A stretch of 62,089 nt of DNA, filler included. It is 5 parts of 5 records of this genome, joined end to end, with 100 filler letters (N's around TTAATTAATTAA, not from the genome) between each part and the next. Parts side by side here need not be neighbours in the genome. Positions count along the whole stretch, not along the records: positions 40,954 to 55,018 come from SRR20825010_2108; 4 more parts are not named here. One strand, 5' to 3'. Positions 41,243 to 51,788 of the stretch are shown one piece after another. A program made the translations under genes and the position numbers. Within the stretch, counting starts at the first letter, position 1; each line of letters opens with the position of its first letter. Below the pieces are notes generated by a model, which worked only from the letters and a program-made list of their open reading frames with translations, was not told where the DNA came from and made no database searches.

Positions 41243-42634
41243 TTACGCAGAGCGTTCGGCGCTGACGCCGAGCGATTTCAGTTTACGATGAAGTGCAGAC
41301 CGCTCCATACCGACAAAACTGGCCGTTCGGGAGATGTTTCCCCCGAACCGGTTTACCTGGGCCAAAAGATATTCCCGCTCAAACATTTCACGGGCCTCAC
41401 GCAACGGCATCCCCATGATTTCGACACCCTTGTCGAAATTGAGGCTGATCGGCGCTGCGGACCCGATTTCCGGCGGCAGCATTTCCGCCTTCACAGGCTC
41501 GTTCGCCGCCCCGGGAGCCATGATCAGCAACCAGTCAATTACATTGCGAAGCTGACGCACATTGCCCGGCCAGTCATAGGACTGCAGCGCGGCAATGGCA
41601 TCTTCGCCAAGAACTCGGTGCGACATGCCCGAACTGCGTGCGGAACGCTCAATGAAATGGGTGCAGAGCAGCGGGATATCCTCCCGGCGTTCGGACAGCG
41701 CCGGGACAATGATAGGCACCACGTTCAGCCGGTAATAAAGATCCTCGCGGAAACGGCCTGTTGATATTTCCTGCTGAAGATCCCTGTTGGTCGAAGCGAT
41801 GACCCGGACATCGACGGAAATTTCCCGCTCCCCGCCAACCCGCCGGAACCGTTGCTCCTGCAAAACCCGGACGATCTTGCCCTGGGTTTCCTTCGGCATG
41901 TCCGCGACTTCATCAAGGAACAATGTGCCTTTATGGGCCTGCTCCAGCATACCAACGGTGCGGCCTTCATCACTCTCGCCATCCCGGCGCTCCGCGCCGA
42001 AAAGCTCTATTTCAAGCCGCTCCGGGCTCAGCGTCGCGCAATTCAGTACCGTGAACGGGCCGCTCGCACGGGCCGAGCTCGTATGGATCATGCGGGCGAC
42101 GACTTCCTTGCCAACACCCGCCGGCCCGGTAATCAGCACCCGGCTGTTCGTCGGCGCCACTTTCTCCACGGCCTGCGCCACCTGCGCCACCCCCGAGGAG
42201 TTTCCGATCAGCCTGTCTTCCGTATCCGACCGGGCCCGGAGCTCCGCGTTTTCACGTCGGAGCTGCACGGCTTCCAGCGCCCTGCCGACTTGCAATAACA
42301 GGCGTTCGGTCTCGAAGGGTTTTTCGATGAAATCGTAGGCACCGATCTTGATCGCGGAGACCGCTGTCTCGATTGTTCCGTGCCCGCTGATCATGATCAC
42401 CGGGATATCCGGATGCTCCGCACTCAACCTCTCCAGTATCTGGAGACCGTCCAGCGTGCTGTTTTCCAGCCAGATATCGAGAATGACAAGGCCCGGTCGG
42501 CGAATATCGACGGCTTCGAGTGCCTCGTCGCTATTCCGCGCCTGCTGCGTGTCATAGCCTTCATCCTCAAGAATACCCGCGAGCAGAGACCGGATATCGG
42601 CCTCATCGTCTACGATGAGAATGTCATACGCCAT
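41243..42634 (-). CDS. ntrX: NtrX response regulator
   Basis: REC (LDIWL), AAA+ domain lacking GAFTGA, HTH MERSALHRKLK; follows ntrY. Confidence 0.95.
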   Translation of the reverse strand: MAYDILIVDDEADIRSLLAGILEDEGYDTQQARNSDEALEAVDIRRPGLVILDIWLENSTLDGLQILERLSAEHPDIPVIMISGHGTIETAVSAIKIGAYDFIEKPFETERLLLQVGRALEAVQLRRENAELRARSDTEDRLIGNSSGVAQVAQAVEKVAPTNSRVLITGPAGVGKEVVARMIHTSSARASGPFTVLNCATLSPERLEIELFGAERRDGESDEGRTVGMLEQAHKGTLFLDEVADMPKETQGKIVRVLQEQRFRRVGGEREISVDVRVIASTNRDLQQEISTGRFREDLYYRLNVVPIIVPALSERREDIPLLCTHFIERSARSSGMSHRVLGEDAIAALQSYDWPGNVRQLRNVIDWLLIMAPGAANEPVKAEMLPPEIGSAAPISLNFDKGVEIMGMPLREAREMFEREYLLAQVNRFGGNISRTASFVGMERSALHRKLKSLGVSAERSA

Positions 42635-44984
42635 GGTGGCTCAGCCTAAAGTCATTTTCATTTGAGTCCAATGTCGCCTCATCCGGCGGCGCCTCGAAAT
42701 TGTCCCTGAAGGTCAAACGGACTCTCGTCCCCCCGCTTTCACGGTCCATGAGAGCAATCGAGCCTCCATGATCTTCCATGATTCGCTTCACAATTGCCAG
42801 ACCGAGGCCAGTGCCTTTTTCCCGGGTCGTCACATAAGGTTCCGTCAGACGATCGCGATCCGTCTCGGGAAGTCCCCGGCCCGTATCGTCAACATCAACG
42901 ACGATCCTTTGACCCTCCCGGGCGATTGAAACAGAGATTCTATGCCCCGGTGCACGCTTTCCGCCAGCCTTGGCCGGCTCAATCGCATCGATTGCGTCAA
43001 TCGCGTTCTGCAGCAAGTTCGTTACGACCTGTCTGATCTGCCGTTGATCACATTCAAGCTCAACCGGCTCCTGATCTCCATTGAAAGCGAAGACAATACC
43101 GGATTGTGCCGACCTCTGAAGAACCACCTGTTCACGAATGAGCTCGATCAGGTTTTCCCTCCGCATCACCGGCGCAGGCATCCGGGCAAAGGCCGAGAAT
43201 TCGTCAACCATACGCCCGATATCACCTACTTGTCGCACAATCGTACTTGTGCATTCAACAAACGTCTCAGGATCGTCTTTTATCTGCTTCAAATATTTAC
43301 GTTTAAGGCGCTCGGCGGAGAGTTGAATCGGGGTCAGCGGATTCTTGATTTCATGGGCAATCCTGCGCGCGACATCCGCCCATGCAGCCATCCTCTGCGC
43401 TGACAGAAGTGCGGAAATATCGTCGAAAGTCAGAACATATCCCGAGACCTTGCCGTCAGTGATCTCGGCCTTGATCCGCGCCAGAAGCGTTATTCTTTTG
43501 CTTTCCCTGTTCAGCTCAATCTGCTTTTCCGATTGCCGGTTAGGGTTATGCCTTGCCAGCTCAAGCAGCTCGATCATCTCCGGTATCTGCTCCGCCAGCA
43601 TCCGCCCGACAAGGGATTCAATCGTCACCCCCAGCAGACTGGCGGCGGATTTATTCGGCAGGTTGATCCGCGCATCCGCATCGAGGCCGATCACTCCGGC
43701 AGACACACCGCCGAGCACGGCTTCGGTGAACCGCCGCCGAGCATCAACCTGACGGTTCGCGCTCATCAGCTCGCTGCGCTGCATTTCCAGCTGCCGTGTC
43801 ATACGGTTAAACGCCCTGGCAAGAAGTCCCATTTCGTCCGCTTCGACAGGCCCGGAGACCCGGGCCGTGAGGTCTCCCGAACTGATCCGTTCCGCGGCCC
43901 CGATCAGCTCACTGATAGGCTGAACCATCCAGGTGGCGAGATTGAGGCCGATCCAGACCGCGGCAAGCAGGAGCAGGAGCGTTACCATGGCGAAGATCAT
44001 GATGAAGGACACCTGGATATCCAGCCGGCGACCTTCCAGTTCGGTGAACTGATTGACCGCCTCCTTCGTACGCTCGATATAGCTGAGGATCTCCGAATCA
44101 ACGAAGCGTCCGACAAACAGGTAGGCATCGACGAACCGATCGAGCCGAACAAAGGCGCGAATCCGGTCATCCGCATCCGTGGTCAGAACAACCACGTCAC
44201 CAAGCCTGGCCTTGGACATCGCGTCCTCGGGAAGCGGCTCATAATCGAAAGAAAGCGCGAGGTTCGTGCGGGCCAGAACCCTTCCCGTACTGTCGAACGC
44301 CACGGCTTCCGTCAGATTTCGCAGGGATGCCTGCGCGCGCAAGACCTGAGAGAACCGGGAGGGATTGTTCACCAGAAACGGCGCTTCCCGATTGATATCG
44401 TTCGCCATGGCCAGAACATCGCCGCGGATCACCTGTCTGTGCTCTTCCAGATAGCGCTCGGCAACGGCGACAGAGCCGGTAACAGCCGTCGATACCCGCT
44501 CGCTGAACCAGGAGCGGATACCGAAGTCGAACATGACCAGAGAGAAGACCGAGACCAGGATCGTCGGAGCCACGGTCAGCACCGAGAACATGACCACGAG
44601 GCGGACATGCAGCCGTGAGCCGGCAAGGCCCTGCCGTCGTTCAACCCAGAGACGGGCCAGCCGGTAGGCGACCAGAATGCCGAGCAACAAAAGCAGGGAA
44701 AAATCCGCGTAAAGAATCCCCAGCACCACGTCCGGGGCCGGACCGGCTGGCCCCGCGCGCGTAAAAACCCCATAGGTCCCAAGCCCGGCGACGATGGCGA
44801 GCGCGGCCAGAACATAGGCAGCCTTGCGCTCAAACCCGATGCGCTGCGCCCAGATACGGAACCGTCGCGTGTAGCTTCCGAGCCGGTTTTCAGAGCGCGG
44901 CAAAACCGTATCGGAAGACCTGACTACGTCAGAAGGCTTCTCTATTTCGGAAGAATGGACGTCTGTACCTGCTTCCGCCGGCAT
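42624..44984 (-). CDS. ntrY: NtrY sensor histidine kinase
   Basis: GSRLHVRLV, TMs, HAMP, PAS and AWADVARRIAHEIKNPLTPIQLSAERL. Confidence 0.95.
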   Translation of the reverse strand: MPAEAGTDVHSSEIEKPSDVVRSSDTVLPRSENRLGSYTRRFRIWAQRIGFERKAAYVLAALAIVAGLGTYGVFTRAGPAGPAPDVVLGILYADFSLLLLLGILVAYRLARLWVERRQGLAGSRLHVRLVVMFSVLTVAPTILVSVFSLVMFDFGIRSWFSERVSTAVTGSVAVAERYLEEHRQVIRGDVLAMANDINREAPFLVNNPSRFSQVLRAQASLRNLTEAVAFDSTGRVLARTNLALSFDYEPLPEDAMSKARLGDVVVLTTDADDRIRAFVRLDRFVDAYLFVGRFVDSEILSYIERTKEAVNQFTELEGRRLDIQVSFIMIFAMVTLLLLLAAVWIGLNLATWMVQPISELIGAAERISSGDLTARVSGPVEADEMGLLARAFNRMTRQLEMQRSELMSANRQVDARRRFTEAVLGGVSAGVIGLDADARINLPNKSAASLLGVTIESLVGRMLAEQIPEMIELLELARHNPNRQSEKQIELNRESKRITLLARIKAEITDGKVSGYVLTFDDISALLSAQRMAAWADVARRIAHEIKNPLTPIQLSAERLKRKYLKQIKDDPETFVECTSTIVRQVGDIGRMVDEFSAFARMPAPVMRRENLIELIREQVVLQRSAQSGIVFAFNGDQEPVELECDQRQIRQVVTNLLQNAIDAIDAIEPAKAGGKRAPGHRISVSIAREGQRIVVDVDDTGRGLPETDRDRLTEPYVTTREKGTGLGLAIVKRIMEDHGGSIALMDRESGGTRVRLTFRDNFEAPPDEATLDSNENDFRLSHHGV

Positions 44985-45082
44985 GTCTCACCTAATGAAT
45001 GACGGATCGCGACGTATTAGTCTTAACCTAACCAGCCCGGGCACGCACGTCTCGGGTCCTAGACGCTTCGGGTTCCCGCCCT

Positions 45083-46531
45083 CTACCGAGCGCTGCGGAC
45101 AACGGGTATTCCGAGATCCCGGATTTTCTTTCGCAGGGTATTGCGATTGAGGCCAAGCATGGAAGCCGCTTTCAGCTGATTTCCCTTGGTCGCATCCAAA
45201 GACAGCATGATCAGGGGCCGTTCTATCTCACGCAGGACGCGGTCGTGCAGCCCCGTCGGCGGCAAATTGTCGCCGTGGGCCGCGAAATAGGTGCGCAGGT
45301 GGCGCTCGACCGCATCGGAAAGGTTTTCACTCTTGTCGGAATCTTCCTCATCCGCCCCGGCCGGGCTGTCGAGCAACTCCTCATCAATAGCCGCGGAGCC
45401 AATCACCTCTTCGGAATAGAGGGCGACCAGACGCTTCACCAGATTTTCCAGCTCGCGGATATTTCCAGGCCAGTTATAGGCCGTCAGGCGCTGCATGGCA
45501 GCAGCATCTATGCTCTTTTCCGGCAGCCCCTCTCTCTGAGCCAACGCAAGGAAATGCCGGACCAGATCCGGAATGTCTTCCTTGCGTTCACGCAGCGGAG
45601 GCAGGCGGATTGGAACGACATTCAAACGATAGAACAGATCCTCGCGGAACATGCCCTGCCGGATCAATTGCCGCAGGTCGCGGTGTGTGGCGGCCACAAT
45701 ACGGACATCGACCTGGATGGCCGAGCGCCCGCCGACAGTGGTGTATTCCCCCTCCTGCAACACACGCAGAAGACGGGTCTGCGCCTCAATCGGCATATCG
45801 CCGATTTCATCAAGAAACAGCGTCCCGCTCCGGGCCTGCTCGAACCGGCCGCTTGACCGGGCCGTGGCGCCGGTAAAGGCCCCCTTCTCATGCCCGAACA
45901 GCTCGCTTTCGATCAGCTCACGCGGAATTGCCGCCATATTGACCGCTACGAAAGGGCCGTTCCGGCGCTTGCCGTAATCATGCAGCGCGCGGGCCACCAG
46001 CTCCTTGCCGGTTCCGGATTCGCCAGCGATCATCACCGTCAGATCCGTCGCCATCAGGCGAGCCAGGACCCGGTAAATCTCCTGCATCGCCGAGGAGCGG
46101 CCAATCAGCGGCAATTCCTCTTCGGAAACCTCCGCTTGCGCCGGCACGCGTCCTTCGGAGCGCGCCATCAGTGCCTTGCGCACGACCTGCACCAGCTCGG
46201 CCAGATCGAAAGGTTTCGGCAGATATTCAAACGCCCCGCGTTCGCTCGCCTTGACCGCGGTCAGCAGAGTGTTCTGGGCGCTCATAACGATGACGCGCAA
46301 ATCCGGCCGTACTTTGCGGATGCGGGTCAGCAGATCGAGACCGTTCTCGTCCGGCATCACCACATCGGTAATCACCAGGTCGCCTTCCCCGCGCTCAACC
46401 CACTGCCAGAGAGTGGCCGCATTGCCCGTCGAGCGGACATCCATGCCGATCCGGGTCAGGGCCTGCGTCAATACGGTACGGATCGCCTGATCATCATCAG
46501 CGATCAGAATCGAAGCATTTTCCATTGTCAT
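45083..46531 (-). CDS. ntrC: Nitrogen regulation protein NR(I)
   Basis: [17 protein letters not shown] and [11 protein letters not shown]. Confidence 0.96.
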   Translation of the reverse strand: MTMENASILIADDDQAIRTVLTQALTRIGMDVRSTGNAATLWQWVERGEGDLVITDVVMPDENGLDLLTRIRKVRPDLRVIVMSAQNTLLTAVKASERGAFEYLPKPFDLAELVQVVRKALMARSEGRVPAQAEVSEEELPLIGRSSAMQEIYRVLARLMATDLTVMIAGESGTGKELVARALHDYGKRRNGPFVAVNMAAIPRELIESELFGHEKGAFTGATARSSGRFEQARSGTLFLDEIGDMPIEAQTRLLRVLQEGEYTTVGGRSAIQVDVRIVAATHRDLRQLIRQGMFREDLFYRLNVVPIRLPPLRERKEDIPDLVRHFLALAQREGLPEKSIDAAAMQRLTAYNWPGNIRELENLVKRLVALYSEEVIGSAAIDEELLDSPAGADEEDSDKSENLSDAVERHLRTYFAAHGDNLPPTGLHDRVLREIERPLIMLSLDATKGNQLKAASMLGLNRNTLRKKIRDLGIPVVRSAR

Positions 46532-47658
46532 GCCCGCAAATAGGCCTGTGAAATATCGGCGATAGGGAGCGAGATCCTGAACTCGGTGCGTCTCGGCACG
46601 GAATCGACCTCAATCACACCGCCATGATCTGCAACTGCCTTGGCCACGAAAGCAAGTCCGAGCCCGGACCCGTTGCGCTTGGATGTCACGAAAGGATCGA
46701 AGATCGTCGCTTTCATGTCGTCCGGAATCCCGGGCCCATTGTCCCGGATGGTCACCTGAAGCGGCAGGTTTACCCTTTGCGACGAGCCCGGCACGGAAAT
46801 CCGCATACCGTGCCGGTAGGCGGTCGACATATGGATCTCTCCATTTCCGTCCATCTCGCCTAGGGCTTCGGATGCATTCTTCAGCAAATTCAGGAAGATC
46901 TGCACAAGGATGTCCCGGTTACCAAGCACCGGCGGCAGCGACGGGTCATAGCGTTCATAATACTTCACCCTGCTGCCAAAGCCGGATTCCGCGACACGCT
47001 GGCAGTGATCCAGCACCTCGTGAATGTTCACCGGGCTGCGTTCGATCGGACGGTCGTCCGAGAACACCTCCATGCGGTCGACCAGACTGCAGATCCGGTC
47101 CGTCTCGTCGCAGATCAGCTTGGTCAGCGGCAGATCCGCCTCAACGGCATTCTGCTCCAGCAACTGCGCGGCGCCCTTGATGCCGGACAGCGGGTTCTTC
47201 ACCTCATGCGCCAGCATCGCCGCCATAGCCGTCACGGAACGGGCCGCGCCCTTGAAATTGAATTGCCGGTACAGCTGGTTGGCAATGGAGCGCATCTGCA
47301 GCGACACGATAACGGCTCCCGCCCGGTCCGTGACCGGGGAAACCTGTACGCTGACGATATGCGAGCCGATGCGCGGGCCCTCGAGGATCAGGTCATAATC
47401 GAACAGAACCGAAGACTGGCGCCGGGACTGACTGATCATGCTGAAGACGGGACTGTCGAACGGCAGCAGGTCAGAAAGTTTCGTGCCTTGCAGAACCGAT
47501 GCACTTCCCTGCAGGAAGTGTTCGGCCGCCATGTTCGCATAGACGATGCGGTCACTCTCATCGAGACCGATCACCGGTGTCGGTACGGCGTGGAGCACAC
47601 CGGTTGGATCAAGTGCTATGGATTCCGCACGCGGCGGCGCGTCAACGATCATACTCAT
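46528..47658 (-). CDS. ntrB: Nitrogen regulation sensor kinase NR(II)
   Basis: [22 protein letters not shown] and YDPSLP. Confidence 0.95.
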   Translation of the reverse strand: MSMIVDAPPRAESIALDPTGVLHAVPTPVIGLDESDRIVYANMAAEHFLQGSASVLQGTKLSDLLPFDSPVFSMISQSRRQSSVLFDYDLILEGPRIGSHIVSVQVSPVTDRAGAVIVSLQMRSIANQLYRQFNFKGAARSVTAMAAMLAHEVKNPLSGIKGAAQLLEQNAVEADLPLTKLICDETDRICSLVDRMEVFSDDRPIERSPVNIHEVLDHCQRVAESGFGSRVKYYERYDPSLPPVLGNRDILVQIFLNLLKNASEALGEMDGNGEIHMSTAYRHGMRISVPGSSQRVNLPLQVTIRDNGPGIPDDMKATIFDPFVTSKRNGSGLGLAFVAKAVADHGGVIEVDSVPRRTEFRISLPIADISQAYLRA

Positions 47659-48680
47659 GCCGCTTGCCGATCCCGGTCGGCACCGTCATGTCCAGTCCCG
47701 CCATGCCCGGCTTCGTCATGGAAGAAGCGCTGGATCGCATCCTCGACGATCCGGCGATCCATGGTGTTGTTGACAACTTTCCGGAACTCGGCCGACCCGG
47801 GAATACCGCTGGCATACCAGCCAATATGTTTACGGGCCATTCTGAGACCAAGCGCCGCGCCATAATGCGACAGCATGGCATCGACATGGCGGTGCATGAT
47901 ATCCGCGCGTTCCGCAAAGGATGGATCCGCCGGAACCGTCCGGCCAGAGATATGGGCCGCGACCTGTGCCGGAAACCATGGCCGGCCATAGGCACCACGC
48001 CCGATCATCACCCCGTCTGCGCCGGATTGAGCCATGCAGGCATCCACGTCCTCCAGGCTCGCGATATCGCCATTGGCCACGACGGGTAGAGACACCGCGC
48101 TCTTAACCTCGCGGATAAAGTTCCAATCCGCATGCCCGTTATACATCTGGCAACGAGTCCGGCCATGGATAGTCAAAAGCCGGATACCGGCCTCCTCCGC
48201 GATCCGGGCAAGCCTTGGTGCGTTCCGGTCACTGTCATCCCAGCCCGTCCGCATTTTCAGCGTCACCGGAACCTGTACGGCCTTCACGACTGCTTCCATT
48301 ATCTGGCCCGCCAGCGCCTCGTCCCGCATGAGTGCGGAGCCGGCGAGCTTGTTGACCACCTTTTTGGCAGGGCATCCCATATTGATATCGATGATTTCGG
48401 CGCCCCGGTCGGCATTGAACTTCGCCGCTTCCGCCATGATCTCCGGATCCCAGCCAGCGAGTTGCACGGCCAACGGGCGTTCGGCATCCATGTCTTCCGG
48501 AATCTTGAACATTTCCTCGCGCACATCGCGCAGGACGGCAGCGCTGGCGATCATTTCGGAGACCACCAGACCACAACCGAATTCGCGTACAAGGCGCCGG
48601 AATGGCTGGTCCGTCACCCCCGACATGGGGGCGAGGAAAACCGGGCTCTCAAGAGTAATTGGGCCGATCTCGATGGTCAT
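47655..48680 (-). CDS. dusB: tRNA-dihydrouridine synthase B (NifR3)
   Basis: [25 protein letters not shown] and GRG. Confidence 0.95.
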   Translation of the reverse strand: MTIEIGPITLESPVFLAPMSGVTDQPFRRLVREFGCGLVVSEMIASAAVLRDVREEMFKIPEDMDAERPLAVQLAGWDPEIMAEAAKFNADRGAEIIDINMGCPAKKVVNKLAGSALMRDEALAGQIMEAVVKAVQVPVTLKMRTGWDDSDRNAPRLARIAEEAGIRLLTIHGRTRCQMYNGHADWNFIREVKSAVSLPVVANGDIASLEDVDACMAQSGADGVMIGRGAYGRPWFPAQVAAHISGRTVPADPSFAERADIMHRHVDAMLSHYGAALGLRMARKHIGWYASGIPGSAEFRKVVNNTMDRRIVEDAIQRFFHDEAGHGGTGHDGADRDRQAA

Positions 48681-48702
48681 TCTCTAAGCACCCGTGATTT
48701 GC

Positions 48703-48738
48703 TGCTCACGAATTAAGCAACTGCACGCAAAATTGTCA
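48703..48738. promoter_or_regulatory. Tandem NtrC-binding sites upstream of dusB-ntrBC
   Basis: TGCTCACGAATTAAGCA (TGC-N11-GCA) and TGCACGCAAAATTGTCA. Confidence 0.6.
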
Positions 48739-48777
48739 AAATGGTATTTTTATATGACGATTTGGTGACGATCTAAT

Positions 48778-49578
48778 TCAGATCAAAATCTCAGCCACAA
48801 ACTTCACACCGGGATAGGCAAGCGTCAGCAGAAGGTATGCGACGAGCACCAATCGGGAGACTGTTCTTCCCCGCATGCCGAAGCGACTGTTTACCAGCCA
48901 GAGAACAGCCAGAATACCTAGTGTCACCAACGAGAGTACCGTTTTGTGGTCGAACTCGAGGACATGCCCGTTCAGGTAGTTTTGCAGCGCGATCCCTGTT
49001 ACCAGCCCGCAGACCAGAACGATCACCGCCGCGCCGAGCAACTGGCCCTGAAGCTTTTCACAATCCGCAATGGATGGCAGCACCGGAGCGATGCCGGACG
49101 ACATCTGCTTCTTTTTCAATGCACGCTCTTTGATGAAGATCGCCAATCCCGTAATCGCCGCCAGGGTCAGCAGGGCATATGTCGCAAGCGCAACCGCGAT
49201 ATGGGCGGAGAACCAGGTTCCCGGCAGGCCTTCATTCAGGACAATATGCGGCGCCATACCGGCGATCGTCGCGCCCAGCGCCATCAGGAACAGATAGGGC
49301 ACCAGCAACACGGTCAGCCCCCGCGCCTCACGCCGGAACCAGCAGAGCGGCAGATAGATCAACAGGCTGGCACTAACAGCGAGCCAGAGCGCCATGGCAA
49401 CATCTGAGCGCCAGCTGGACCCGATCGAAACAATCACGAACAGCAACGGTCCCGCTGCCGCGACGGACAACAGGATCCAGAATAAGCTGCCCGTCCGCTG
49501 CGGCGTCCGGAGCGAGAACAGTCCGACGGGAAGCAGCGCCAGCAAGGCGGAGAGATTCAAGAGCAAAGACATTGGCAT
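48778..49578 (-). CDS. Cytochrome c assembly family membrane protein (CcsA/YpjD-like)
   Basis: About 8 TMs; HIAVA..Y, LPSI..CE, HKTVLS, G.RGR and LLTLAYPG.KFV. Confidence 0.82.
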   Translation of the reverse strand: MPMSLLLNLSALLALLPVGLFSLRTPQRTGSLFWILLSVAAAGPLLFVIVSIGSSWRSDVAMALWLAVSASLLIYLPLCWFRREARGLTVLLVPYLFLMALGATIAGMAPHIVLNEGLPGTWFSAHIAVALATYALLTLAAITGLAIFIKERALKKKQMSSGIAPVLPSIADCEKLQGQLLGAAVIVLVCGLVTGIALQNYLNGHVLEFDHKTVLSLVTLGILAVLWLVNSRFGMRGRTVSRLVLVAYLLLTLAYPGVKFVAEILI

Positions 49579-49634
49579 GAGGTCACTATATCATGCGCTC
49601 CGCTCCGAAGTGCCAGAGCAAATTGAGGTGATTT

Positions 49635-50807
49635 GTGCCACGGTCAAAGACCGCTCTCCTGATTGTCGCCGCCGGGCGCGGAACCCGGCTCGGCAGTGAA
49701 ACTCCCAAGCAGTATCTGAAGGTCGGCGGAGTCCCTGTCCTGCGCCACGCGGTGCTGCGTTTTCGCGCGCATCCGGCAATCGACTCTCTCCGCGTGGTCA
49801 TCGATCCGGAACACCGAACTCTGTACGAGCAAGCGGTCGCCGGAATTGACCTTGCGCCGCCCGTCGAGGGGGGAGCGGAGCGGAGCCAGTCCGTCCTGAA
49901 CGGTCTCCGCGCACTAATCGACGAAGCGCCGGATCTGGTGCTTATCCACGATGCCGCACGGCCGTTCGTTCAGAGCCCTGTGATTGACCGGGTTCTCGAA
50001 GCGCTGGAGCAAGTCCCCGGTGCCATTCCCGCCCTGCCCGTACCGGATACGCTGAAACAGGCGGCAAGCCTTGATGCGCCGATTACCGGCACGGTGGACC
50101 GCAGCACGCTGTTCCGGGCGCAAACCCCGCAGGGATTTCATTATCGCGCTCTGCTGGACGCCCATGAGGCGGCAGAGGCTCACACCACGGACGATGCCGC
50201 CCTGCTTGAAGCGCGCGGCCAGGAGGTGCGGCTTGTCGAAGGCGCCGAATCCCTTTTCAAGATCACCACGGAGGCCGACCTGATGCGGGCCGAGACCATG
50301 ATGGCGTCACATATGGAGCCGCGCGTCGGCACGGGGTTTGACGTTCACCGGCTTGGCCCCGGCGAAAATATCATGCTCTGCGGCATCGACATCGCGCATG
50401 ATCGCACGCTGATTGGCCATTCCGATGCGGATGTCGGCCTGCATGCCATCACCGACGCCCTGCTCGGCGCCATTGCGGACGGTGATATCGGCAGCCACTT
50501 CCCGCCGAGCGATCCGCAATGGAAAGGCGCGGCATCGGACCAGTTCCTCAAGCATGCCTGCGATCTCGTGCTGAACAAGGGCGGACGCATTACCCATATC
50601 GATGTCACCTTGATCTGCGAGCAGCCCAAAATCGGCCCGCACCGCCCGGCCATGCGCCGCCGGATCGCCGAAATCATGGAACTTCCGGAAAGCCGGATCA
50701 GCGTAAAGGCTACAACGTCGGAGAAGCTCGGCTTTACCGGCCGCGGCGAAGGCATCGCGGCACAGGCCGCGGCAACGGTGCTACTGCCGCTGGAGATCGA
50801 GCAATGA
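49635..50807 (+). CDS. ispDF: Bifunctional IspD/IspF
   Basis: AAGRGTR..PKQY, IHDAARP, QTPQGF; GFDVH, HSDADV and KATTSE. Confidence 0.96.
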   Translation: MPRSKTALLIVAAGRGTRLGSETPKQYLKVGGVPVLRHAVLRFRAHPAIDSLRVVIDPEHRTLYEQAVAGIDLAPPVEGGAERSQSVLNGLRALIDEAPDLVLIHDAARPFVQSPVIDRVLEALEQVPGAIPALPVPDTLKQAASLDAPITGTVDRSTLFRAQTPQGFHYRALLDAHEAAEAHTTDDAALLEARGQEVRLVEGAESLFKITTEADLMRAETMMASHMEPRVGTGFDVHRLGPGENIMLCGIDIAHDRTLIGHSDADVGLHAITDALLGAIADGDIGSHFPPSDPQWKGAASDQFLKHACDLVLNKGGRITHIDVTLICEQPKIGPHRPAMRRRIAEIMELPESRISVKATTSEKLGFTGRGEGIAAQAAATVLLPLEIEQ

Positions 50808-51274
50808 TCGGGCCGCTTCCACTGTTTCACCCGGTGCGGCTGGCCGCGACCTTCTTCTGGAGCGGGCATGCGCCTTTCGCACCGGGCACCTGGGGCTCCC
50901 TCGCCGCCCTGCCCTTCGCCTGGCTATTCCTCTGGCTTGGCGGCTGGAAACTTCTGCTGGTGGCCGCAATTATTGCGACCCTCGTCGGCTTCTGGTCCGC
51001 CGGGCGCTATGCGGACACGCTCGACCGCAAGGACCCCGGTTCCGTCGTGATAGACGAGGTTGCCGGGCAATGGATCACCCTGCTGCCCGCCGCCCTTGAC
51101 CCGCTCAGCTTCGCAATCGGCTTCGTCGCTTTCCGGTTCCTCGACATCACGAAGCCCTTTCCGGCCGGCTGGGCCGACAGGAACCTCACCGGCGCGCCGG
51201 GCATCATGCTCGACGACCTGTGCGCCGGGATTTACGCTGGACTGGTGCTTTTCGCCGTCCAGCATTACCTCTGA
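50804..51274 (+). CDS. pgpA: Phosphatidylglycerophosphatase A
   Basis: APGTWGS, DPGSVVIDEVAG, FRFLDITKP and GIMLDD. Confidence 0.93.
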   Translation: MIGPLPLFHPVRLAATFFWSGHAPFAPGTWGSLAALPFAWLFLWLGGWKLLLVAAIIATLVGFWSAGRYADTLDRKDPGSVVIDEVAGQWITLLPAALDPLSFAIGFVAFRFLDITKPFPAGWADRNLTGAPGIMLDDLCAGIYAGLVLFAVQHYL

Positions 51275-51287
51275 GCGAGGCCAGACG

Positions 51288-51788
51288 ATGGACAATTTCG
51301 ATGATGAGATCCGCGGCCTTGCAACCACGGTGCTTGAACGCTGCCGGGCGCTCAACTGGAAAGCCGCGACGGCGGAAAGTTGCACCGGCGGCCTGATCGC
51401 CGGGGCTCTGACCGAAATCGCCGGATCCTCCGATGTCGTGGATAGGGGCTTCGTCACCTATTCGAACGAAGCCAAAATGCAGATGCTCGGTGTTCCCGCC
51501 GAAACTCTGACAGCGCATGGCGCCGTTTCGGAGCAGACTGCGCGCGCCATGGCACTGGGCGCACTTGCCAACTCGGATGCGGGTGTGAGTGTCGCCGTCA
51601 CCGGCGTTGCCGGTCCCGGCGGCGGATCGGCCGAAAAACCAGTTGGTCTCGTGCATTTCGCCGCCGCAACGCCGGATGGCATCATCGCCGAACACCGGGT
51701 CTTCGAGGGCGACAGGGGCGCGGTCCGGCACCAGACGGTTCTGCACGCCCTCAAGATGATGCTTGCCCGTACGGATGCGGCCAGCTAG
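51288..51788 (+). CDS. cinA: CinA C-terminal / NMN deamidase family protein
   Basis: AESCTGG, TYSNEAK, GAVS, TGVAGP and KPVG. Confidence 0.92.
   Translation: MDNFDDEIRGLATTVLERCRALNWKAATAESCTGGLIAGALTEIAGSSDVVDRGFVTYSNEAKMQMLGVPAETLTAHGAVSEQTARAMALGALANSDAGVSVAVTGVAGPGGGSAEKPVGLVHFAAATPDGIIAEHRVFEGDRGAVRHQTVLHALKMMLARTDAAS

Noticed and set aside
41243..42634. Missing GAFTGA motif in a sigma54-type activator
   Set aside because: Normal for NtrX
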